Virus record (IMG/VR): IMGVR_UViG_3300000317_000001
Coordinates: 1 to 60,980 of that record
Length of the DNA: 60,980 nt
Reading direction: 5' to 3' (one strand)
Source: a virus
Taxonomy: Duplodnaviria > Caudoviricetes
Every line of letters begins with the position of its first letter. Position 1 is the stretch's first letter. The notes under the pieces are model-generated. The model was given only the letters and a program-made list of their open reading frames with translations, searched no databases and had not been told where the DNA came from. Made by a program: the position numbers and the translations under genes. Below, in pieces: positions 51,512 through 59,203 of this stretch.

Positions 51512-51739
51512 ATGACTGATCAAGAGCGCATTACAAAATTAGAAACACAAAATGAACTTTTAATAAAGAGCGTAGATGACTTAAGAAAATATGTAGAAAC
51601 AATGCTAGCAGATTATCATACAAAAGTGTGGCGATTAGTCGATATGCTATGGAAATTAATTTTAATTTTAATTGCAGTTATTACATTATTTGCTGGACTT
51701 AAAATGACTGGATTAATTGAATTACTACTGGGCAAATAA
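51512..51739 (+). CDS. putative holin (XhlA-like)
   Basis: ERITKLE coiled coil plus one C-terminal TM helix; end of the tail operon. Confidence 0.6.
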   Translation: MTDQERITKLETQNELLIKSVDDLRKYVETMLADYHTKVWRLVDMLWKLILILIAVITLFAGLKMTGLIELLLGK

Positions 51740-51918
51740 TTTCATTTGATTTTCTCCTAAAAATAATATATAATATAATTGTCCACTTTTATTAGTAAAC
51801 TTTTAAATTCTCTTTTTAACGAAAATTACTATTTTTAATAGTAATTTTTTTTTTACTTGATTTTTAGGCAAAAATACCATATAATATATTTATAAATATT
51901 TAATTAAAGGAGAAAACT

Positions 51919-52593
51919 ATGTCCGATAGAATAATAGATCGCATAACAAAGTTATTCGCATTGAGTAATAGTAACTTTGAAGAAGAAGCAAAAGCTGCTC
52001 TTCAAAAAGCACATTTACTAATGCTCAAATATAATTTAAGTATGCACGACATATCCGCTAGGGAACATGAAATACCAATAATGTCACAAACGGAATGTAA
52101 AATAAATACACTAGTATCTAAATTACTAGCTCAAGTAGTTGCGGATAAATTTCGTTGCCGATTATTGGCAAGAATCCCTAGCGGAAAGAGCGGTAAAAAT
52201 ATGTATGCTACATTTTGTGGTTTTAAAGAAGATGCACAAGTAGCTGCTACTGTATTTAAATATGCTCTTGAATATTTAACAAGACTTAGAAATTTAGAAG
52301 CGCAGAAAATGTATGATAAGGGGTTTTCTACTAAAGGATTTAGCTATAGTTTTGGAAGAGGATTTGCAATTGGGTTATCAAATGAATGGCAAGAACAATG
52401 CACAAGTGAGTATTCTTTAGTGTGTACAGTGCCATTAGCAGTTGCAACATTTGCGAGTAAACTAGCGCTTAAAAAATGTGGTGTTGTTTCGCAAGATTTA
52501 GATTTAGAGTCTTTTAATTTAGGTGAAGAAAAAGGTAGAGAATTTGGGTCAAATAAAAATGCATTAGAGGAGGAAATAAAAAATGACAGTTGA
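51919..52593 (+). CDS. DUF2786-domain protein
   Basis: IIDRITKLFALSNS..EEAKAAL.KA..LM.KYNL; SF..GF..G. Confidence 0.82.
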   Translation: MSDRIIDRITKLFALSNSNFEEEAKAALQKAHLLMLKYNLSMHDISAREHEIPIMSQTECKINTLVSKLLAQVVADKFRCRLLARIPSGKSGKNMYATFCGFKEDAQVAATVFKYALEYLTRLRNLEAQKMYDKGFSTKGFSYSFGRGFAIGLSNEWQEQCTSEYSLVCTVPLAVATFASKLALKKCGVVSQDLDLESFNLGEEKGREFGSNKNALEEEIKNDS

Positions 52594-52798
52594 TAGAATA
52601 TGTAAAATTTTACAAGATAATAATTTTTATCCTGATTGCAATATGCACATTTGGGTGCGTGAAAATGACATTTATATTACGGATGAGTTTTTGTGCGATT
52701 GGGAAGGATCTGAAAGTGAATTTCAAGAATTTTTACACTGTTTAATTAATCAAAGAAAGAATAAGATGGAAAATCCACTAGGGAAACTAAGTGATTAA
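52583..52798 (+). CDS. hypothetical protein
   Basis: GAGGAGG RBS. Confidence 0.55.
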   Translation: MTVDRICKILQDNNFYPDCNMHIWVRENDIYITDEFLCDWEGSESEFQEFLHCLINQRKNKMENPLGKLSD

Positions 52799-52834
52799 AT
52801 CCCACAAATACCCAATAAAACAACTTAGATATTC

Positions 52835-52917
52835 TGGATATAGTAGAATTAAAATACTTGGTTTTCATATTTATGTGAAATAGAAATTTAAATTCGGCTA
52901 TATCCATTAATATTTTG
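52835..52917. repeat. tripartite palindrome family, copy 8
   Basis: TGGATATAGTAGAATTAAAAT..CATATTTATGTG..ATTTAAATTCGGCTATATCCATTAATATTTTG. Confidence 0.9.
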
Positions 52918-53057
52918 TATTTTATTTTTTATTTTGTTAATATAATTTTAATAAACAAATTTTAATAAAACACTTGATTTTTGCCCCAAACTATTATATA
53001 ATAATAATATAATAAATAATAAATAAATAAAAAAAAAATACTAAGGGGGAAAAATAA

Positions 53058-53879
53058 ATGAAATTTAATGAAGAAAGAACATTTGGAGTAGAAATAGAAT
53101 TTTTTAACGCTGAAAGGTGTATGGTATATGAAGCATTAGTAGCAAAAGGAATTAAAGTAAAAGTTGAAAATTATAACCATACCACTAGAGATTATTGGAA
53201 AATAGTAACAGACAGTAGTGTAAATGAAAGTGGTTGCTATAATGAAAATGGTAGTGGAAATGAGATAGTAAGCCCAATATTAAAAGGACTAGATGGTTTA
53301 GAACAATTAAGACTAGTGTGTGAAGCATTAAAAGAATGCAATGCACAAGTGGATAAAACTTGTGGAGTACACATACATCATGGAGTAGATGATTTAGATT
53401 TTGAACAAATTAAAAATGTGTATGCTTTAAATATTAGATACGAAAACGTAATAGATTCAATGCTACCAAGCAGTAGGAAAAACCAACGCTATTGCAGAGA
53501 ATTAAATACAGTAAGTGCAGAAATAAATGAATATTTAAAAATGATAAAAAATTTAAAAAACTATCAATCATTACAATATTGGTATGATAGCAGATATTAT
53601 AAGTTAAATCATAAAAATTATAGAACAAGGGGTACTTTAGAATTTAGACAACATAGTGGTACTATCGATTTTGAAAAAATAGGCAGTTGGGTAATCTTTA
53701 CGCAGCAATTAGTAGAAAGATCAAAAACAAGCGTTCAATATAAAACAAATATTAGTAGTTTTCAAACATTAAAAGAGTGTTTAAATGTAACTAAAAAAGA
53801 TGGTGATTTAGTATTTGCCGCATTTAAGTTTTTAGAAAGTAGAATTAAACATTTTGCTCAAAAAAGGAGGGTTGCATAA
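53058..53879 (+). CDS. putative amidoligase (COOH-NH2 ligase type)
   Basis: TFGVEIE, WKIVTDSS, EIVSPIL, TCGVHIH, RYYKLN, GTLEFRQHSGT. Confidence 0.88.
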   Translation: MKFNEERTFGVEIEFFNAERCMVYEALVAKGIKVKVENYNHTTRDYWKIVTDSSVNESGCYNENGSGNEIVSPILKGLDGLEQLRLVCEALKECNAQVDKTCGVHIHHGVDDLDFEQIKNVYALNIRYENVIDSMLPSSRKNQRYCRELNTVSAEINEYLKMIKNLKNYQSLQYWYDSRYYKLNHKNYRTRGTLEFRQHSGTIDFEKIGSWVIFTQQLVERSKTSVQYKTNISSFQTLKECLNVTKKDGDLVFAAFKFLESRIKHFAQKRRVA

Positions 53880-54103
53880 TGAAAGCTTTTTTAGAAAATA
53901 ACACAGTTATAGAAGGAAGATCAAAAGCGGAAATTGTAAAGAAAATGTGCATTATTGCTGGAGTTGATAATGCAAAAGAATATATGAAACAAGTTAAGAA
54001 AAGAAATAAAATTTGGAATTTGCAAGAAATGAAATTTAAAACAGCAGATGAATTTTTCGATTCATGTGTGAATCAAAAGATAATTTTAATGTACTTAATT
54101 TAA
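53879..54103 (+). CDS. hypothetical protein
   Basis: Translationally coupled to the amidoligase; AGGAGG RBS. Confidence 0.6.
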   Translation: MKAFLENNTVIEGRSKAEIVKKMCIIAGVDNAKEYMKQVKKRNKIWNLQEMKFKTADEFFDSCVNQKIILMYLI

Positions 54104-54108
54104 AAATA

Positions 54109-54161
54109 ATAATATAAATTCATATAAAACTATTGATTTATATGAATTTATATTATATAAT
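54109..54161 (+). promoter_or_regulatory. promoter with -35 at the centre of a 20-bp perfect inverted repeat
   Basis: ATAATATAAATTCATATAAA-ACTATTGA-TTTATATGAATTTATATTAT; TATAAT at 54156. Confidence 0.75.
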
Positions 54162-54198
54162 ATAATTAAGAAGATTAAAATAAAAGGAGGAAAATAAA

Positions 54199-54523
54199 AT
54201 GCTTAAAAAATTGCTAGAAATGCACAATGAAGTATGTGCTAAATGTGGAAGCAAACGCAATCATGAAGTTAATTGGGTAAATCCACATTACACAATATGT
54301 GAAGATTGTGGGTACACATGGTAATTAAATCAATTAAAAGGAGGAGAGCAAAATGACTTATAAATGTGATATCAGAGGATGTCTTGAAGATGTAGAAAAC
54401 AGCTGTGAAGCAAATGGATGTAATAATAATAAAATATGCGATATGCATACACATGTAGTTTGTGGAAGAAATAATAAAAGTATATTTGTATGCGAGGAAT
54501 GTCACAAGAAAGGAAATGTGTAA
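54199..54523 (+). CDS. two Cys-rich microproteins (54199-54324, 41 aa; 54353-54523, 56 aa)
   Basis: CAKCGS..CEDCGYTW; CDIRGC..CEANGC..CDMH..CEEC; both have AGGAGG RBSs. Confidence 0.75.
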
Positions 54524-54804
54524 TGGAGCAATTAACAAAAGTACCTGAGGATTTCACTTTGAAATCCTCAGTTTCCCTAGTGGAAAGTGTGTTTCAAGAA
54601 ATTTATACAAACATTCACAATGAAGAATTGTATGTAATAAGAAAAAATGAAAAGATATTGTTTATGTCTTGCAACAAATACGCGTTTCAATGTGCTTTAA
54701 ATTTAATTAGCTTTGGAAATAAGCCTCTTGAGAAATTATCCGATTTATCAAAAGTAGTGCCAAATAGAAAACAAAGGAGAGATAAAAAATATGGAAAGCG
54801 TTAA
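54523..54804 (+). CDS. hypothetical protein
   Basis: TAATG coupling gives start MEQLTKV. Confidence 0.55.
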   Translation: MEQLTKVPEDFTLKSSVSLVESVFQEIYTNIHNEELYVIRKNEKILFMSCNKYAFQCALNLISFGNKPLEKLSDLSKVVPNRKQRRDKKYGKR

Positions 54805-55049
54805 GTTACTTGAAAGATTTCAATATTTTGAAAAAGTTGGTAGGTGTGGTATTCGGGATTTAACAAAACAGGAAGTTTTGCAACTAATGGATATGGCAAT
54901 GGATAAAGGAATTTTATATCAAGCAACAGAACATTTTTTATTCAATATGGGTAAACTATAGTGTTTGGGTGGATTTTGTTTTATGGTTCAATACCTTTAA
55001 TTGCAATTCTTAGTTTTGTGTTTTATAAAATAAGTAATAGGAGGAACAA

Positions 55050-55541
55050 ATGATGATTGGAAAATGTGATTGTGAGCAATGGGGAGAAATATACAAATGT
55101 AATTGTTGTGGAGATACTATATGTGAAAAATGTGCTTGTGGTAAATGTATGGAGTGTGGGAATTGGACATGTTCGGATTGTGGAGCTAGTGAGTGTGCCT
55201 TTTGTGATAAAATAATTTGCATGTCATGTGCAGGAGATATACCTGGAGTGTACAAATGCTCAGATTGTAAAACTAAAAAAGTAAGTGCTATTAAAATTGA
55301 TTTTGATGGGAGTACATTTATGGAAATAACACCAAAAATGTATATAAGTAAGTGGGTAAGTGAATTGCAAAAACTTGTTACATTTGAAGATTTTAAAAAA
55401 TATGTAGCTTCAGATGAATTTTGGACAAATAAAGATCAAGTGCTAAAAATAGACCTAAGGCAATGTGGTTCAATATGTACAGTATTTATACCTCATAATA
55501 AAATTCAATTTTTAACAATTCTAGAAGAGGAAGAAACATGA
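55050..55541 (+). CDS. multi-zinc-finger Cys-rich protein
   Basis: About 17 Cys in CxxC pairs in the first 75 aa; AGGAGG RBS. Confidence 0.75.
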   Translation: MMIGKCDCEQWGEIYKCNCCGDTICEKCACGKCMECGNWTCSDCGASECAFCDKIICMSCAGDIPGVYKCSDCKTKKVSAIKIDFDGSTFMEITPKMYISKWVSELQKLVTFEDFKKYVASDEFWTNKDQVLKIDLRQCGSICTVFIPHNKIQFLTILEEEET

Positions 55542-55631
55542 ACAAATGGGATAAATGTATGTGTGCAATAGCAATTATTATAGTTATATGGTGTTGGGTT
55601 GATATTATTAGAATGATTATGGGAGGTTAAA

Positions 55632-56255
55632 ATGCTTAAGAAAATTTTTGAATGGTTACATGTTGATGAAGAACTTGTATTAAGATGGACTCCAGAAGGT
55701 TTAAGTGTTCGATTATATGAAAACATTTGTGGTCAACAGTATTGTGTTTCTCATATAATATCACCTTCTGAAAGGTTAGCGTTTGATGATATAATGTGTG
55801 AATGCTTACTTGTTAAAATGAGACGAGAAATGCAAGTTGTAAAAGATCAATGCTTAAAACCAGACGTACTAGAAAAACGTAAAAATAGATTTAAAAATCA
55901 TATCCAAGGTCAGTTTTAAGCAGAAATCCGCTAGGGAATCAAAAAATTAAAATTCCATGTTCCCTAGTGGATTTTGTGTAGAGGAGGAATATTTATGAAA
56001 CGACTAAATGCACAAGGTTATAAAAGAGTAAATGAAATTGCATTAAAGTACAGAATGTGTGTAGTGGAAATTACTGATATGGGTGAATATAGTCATTGGA
56101 GGCAAAATTTTTGGACCGGATATCAATTTATGGATATTTGTCAAAAAGATGCAAATTATATTTTTAAACTGGATGTTGCATTTGAATATTTTGATTTAGA
56201 AGATGAAACTTTCAAATTAGAAGAAAAGTGTAATTGTATTGATTGCAGAAAATAA
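55632..56255 (+). CDS. two hypothetical proteins (55632-55919; ~55995-56255)
   Basis: GGAGG RBSs; ORF track. Confidence 0.55.
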
Positions 56256-56279
56256 AACAAATTTAAAGGAGAATGAAAA

Positions 56280-56864
56280 ATGAATGAATTAACAATTTTT
56301 AACTTTGAGGAAAATGAAATTAGAACGGGTGTAAAAGATGGGGAAATATGTTTTTGCCATCTAGATTGTTGCAAAGCAATTAATTTACAAAATGCATCTC
56401 AAGCGTTACAACGTTTAAATAACGATAACATATATTATATATATATATATAGTATCGATAATTTAGGAAGATCTCATGAAATGGCATTTATTAGTAAATC
56501 AAATTTTTACAAATTAATGATTCAATCTAGAAAACCAGAAGCAGAAGCATTAGCAGATTGGGCTACTGAAGTTGTATTTCCAAGTATTGAAAAATTTGGA
56601 ATGTACCTGACACTTGAAAAAGCAAAGGAAGAACTTGAACTTAAAAGAAAACTTGCTGTACAAATTTTAAAAAGTGAAGGGTCTATTTATCCAAGAATAA
56701 ATAGCATTTGGATACCAAAAGAAGGGCAAGAGGTGCATGGGGAAATGTTTGTGCTTTATGACACAATTAAAACTGCAAAAGATTATGCACTATTTAGAAT
56801 TGATGAGTTAGAAAAATTTATCAAATTTGTTGGAGAAAAAGAAGCAAAAATTATGAAAAGATAA
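56280..56864 (+). CDS. BRO-N domain protein
   Basis: FNFEENEIRT..FC..D.C..FISKSNFYKL..SRKPEA...DW..EVV.PSI.K.G.Y. Confidence 0.88.
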   Translation: MNELTIFNFEENEIRTGVKDGEICFCHLDCCKAINLQNASQALQRLNNDNIYYIYIYSIDNLGRSHEMAFISKSNFYKLMIQSRKPEAEALADWATEVVFPSIEKFGMYLTLEKAKEELELKRKLAVQILKSEGSIYPRINSIWIPKEGQEVHGEMFVLYDTIKTAKDYALFRIDELEKFIKFVGEKEAKIMKR

Positions 56865-57068
56865 TCAAAATATTAAAATTTTAGGTACCCATATATTTTT
56901 AAAATATATGGGTATTTGGTTGAAAATTCCGGATTAAACGGTTTTATATATTTAAAATTAAATAATATAAGGGTTGGTATTTTTTAATGAATATACCGTT
57001 TTATTTTGGTAGCATCATTCAAAAATTCCGCTAGGGAACATTTTAGGTAAAAACGCAAATAAATAGTG

Positions 57069-57151
57069 CAAAATATTAATGGATATAGGCGAATATAAAT
57101 TGCCAAATTTCATATTTATATGAAAACGAAATTTATATTCGACTATATCCA
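57069..57151. repeat. tripartite palindrome family, copy 9
   Basis: CAAAATATTAATGGATATAGGCGAATATAAAT..CATATTTATATG..ATTTATATTCGACTATATCCA. Confidence 0.92.
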
Positions 57152-57550
57152 GTATATCTATGATGGGTATGCATGTAACCGGCAGTTAGTGGTTTCTAAA
57201 AAAGCTCCAAAATTATTTTTTATATTATATAAGGGTTATTCATGAATAATTGTTAGAAATCAATTTATTTACATATATTTCAATATAAAAAGGATGCCTG
57301 TATCGAAGCTAAATTAAAGATATATAAATATACCCTAATACGCCAAAAATAAAATAATAAATAAATAATAATGAATAATAATGAATAATTCATATAATAT
57401 AAAATTTTAATTTGGAGCTTTTTTTAAAGTGAATGGCTCCCCTTTAAAAAAAAACAAAAGTGTAAGCTTTTTTTTTTCAAAAAACCATTGATTTTTATCA
57501 GTAAGTATTATATAATATAATTAAGAAATAAATTAAAAGGAGAGTTTAAA

Positions 57551-58081
57551 ATGACAGTAGAAAATGCAGGAATACCTGTTGATGTAAGAACTGAAACGGA
57601 TTTAGTTTCCCCTAGTAGAAAGAAACAAGCACCTAGAAGGATGTTCTTCAAAATGGCAGATATCAACAAATATTTTCATTCACTTGAAAAAATAGGTGAT
57701 TTTACACTACCTATTACAGATCAAAAAGTATTTGAGGAAGAAGTTATAAAAGCACTAGCATCATTAAATCAAGGTGAATTAGATTGCATTGATTTTGGCC
57801 AAGCAGAAATTCCAGTTGATATGTTAAAAGTTGCATATACAAATTCTAAACTTAGCTATACTGAATTGAGAGCTAAGTTAAAGAAAGAAATTACTGATAC
57901 AGCAGTTCTTAAAAGAACAATTACTGGAGCGGTACTTCATTTTTGGAAAACTTCAATAATTGAAGCAAGAATGCTTGCTGAAGGTATTCCACTTAGGAGT
58001 AAAAAAGGAACTAAAACAACAGCAACAGCAGATGCAGCTAGTGAGATGGTATCTCCAGTTGCAGAAGCAGAAAAAATTTAG
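57551..58081 (+). CDS. hypothetical protein
   Basis: Promoter at 57488; AAGGAG RBS. Confidence 0.75.
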   Translation: MTVENAGIPVDVRTETDLVSPSRKKQAPRRMFFKMADINKYFHSLEKIGDFTLPITDQKVFEEEVIKALASLNQGELDCIDFGQAEIPVDMLKVAYTNSKLSYTELRAKLKKEITDTAVLKRTITGAVLHFWKTSIIEARMLAEGIPLRSKKGTKTTATADAASEMVSPVAEAEKI

Positions 58082-58219
58082 GGTCGATAAATACACAAAT
58101 TAAATTTAAATAACACATGCTTTATATAATTTTAAAACTTTGGTGAGGTAGCTACCAAGGAGTGCAGATGTATCTAAAAGTGACCTACACAGACTTATTC
58201 ATTAGTGTTTAGATAGGAT

Positions 58220-58306
58220 TTGAGGATGCTCGAGAGGTTGAAGAGTATTGCCATAATGGCATAAAAGGCGTAACTGCTTTCAGGAGTTCGAATCTCCTTC
58301 CTCAAT
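58220..58306 (+). tRNA. class II tRNA-like element with non-canonical anticodon arm (pseudo-tRNA or mimic)
   Basis: Acceptor TTGAGGA/TCCTCAA; D arm CTC-GAGAGGTTGAA-GAG; variable arm AAGGC-GTAACT-GCTTT; T arm AGGAG-TTCGAAT-CTCCT; no encoded CCA. Confidence 0.7.
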
Positions 58307-58459
58307 TAGGGCAAGATAACAAGTTCCGTTTGGAAACTTAGTAGCTAAGATAACAACTTAACGGTGGAAACTTGCCCGTACTGTCAATGGTGATTGATCG
58401 AACTTTGTTCAAGAATTATTCTAAATAGCTAGTACTGTACTAGTTATACCCTTTATGTA

Positions 58460-58491
58460 AATGTACATTCAGCAGTGTACATTTTTTTTTT
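58460..58491 (+). terminator. intrinsic terminator
   Basis: AATGTACATT-CAGC-AGTGTACATT followed by a T run. Confidence 0.75.
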
Positions 58492-58608
58492 GGAAAAATT
58501 TCAGATTCCCTAGCGGATAGTCCGAAATTTATTTTAAAAAACTATTGATTTATATTGGAATTTCATATATAATATATAATATAAGAAATATTAAAGGAGG
58601 AAATAAAA

Positions 58609-58749
58609 ATGTTTGAAGTTTGTAAAAATGGTAGTGGATGCTTATATAGCACTGCTGTAAAGAAAATCGATGGTACTACAGTATGGGTTTGCCTGTTAGG
58701 TAAGAAAGAAAGAGAAAAATGCCAAAAGAATATGGCAGGATGGGAGTAA
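58609..58749 (+). CDS. Cys-rich microprotein (46 aa), paralog of 8392-8556
   Basis: CKNGxGC..VKKIxG..C..E...C shared with the 8392 ORF; promoter at 58544 and AAGGAGG RBS. Confidence 0.72.
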   Translation: MFEVCKNGSGCLYSTAVKKIDGTTVWVCLLGKKEREKCQKNMAGWE

Positions 58750-58753
58750 AGCT

Positions 58754-59203
58754 ATGATTGAAAAGATAGTAGCAATTGATCCAGGAGTACATTCTGGAAT
58801 AGCGGAGTTTGTTATTCGTGAAGATAAAAAAATTGCAATTTTAAGAAAGATACACGTGTATCCTGTAAATGAAATGCACAAGTATATTAGCTTCTTTTTA
58901 GATGATACTGATTTGGTAATCCTAGAGCGTTTTGTTAACCCATACAGCAAATTAACAAAAGACGCAATAACTACAATTGAAATGTGTGGTGCAGTAAAAC
59001 ATGAAACTTATATATGCGAAGTTAAATTAATAACTTGTGTGCAATCTCAAAAAGAAGGTTACATATCTTTTGCAAAAGAATTACTAGATGATGTGCATTT
59101 TGAAGGAAAACAGCATTGTGTTGATGCTGTTGCACACGGATTAAGGTATTGCGTAAAAACTTTAAAAATGGAAGTGGGTAGTGTAGAATGCAACTTGATG
59201 TAG
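58754..59203 (+). CDS. RuvC-like Holliday junction resolvase
   Basis: IVAIDPGVHSGIA, VILERF, H..DA.AH. Confidence 0.75.
   Translation: MIEKIVAIDPGVHSGIAEFVIREDKKIAILRKIHVYPVNEMHKYISFFLDDTDLVILERFVNPYSKLTKDAITTIEMCGAVKHETYICEVKLITCVQSQKEGYISFAKELLDDVHFEGKQHCVDAVAHGLRYCVKTLKMEVGSVECNLM

Noticed and set aside
54545-54571. Perfect hairpin CTGAGGATTTCA..GAAATCCTCAG beside a decamer
   Set aside because: It is a single instance inside a CDS with no U-tract or second copy, so no function can be supported.
9172-57151. Long palindromes as ordinary terminators or integron attC sites
   Set aside because: Most lack a U-tract, several lie next to separate terminators, two are inside the structural operon, and no integrase or GTTRRRY/RYYYAAC ends are evident.
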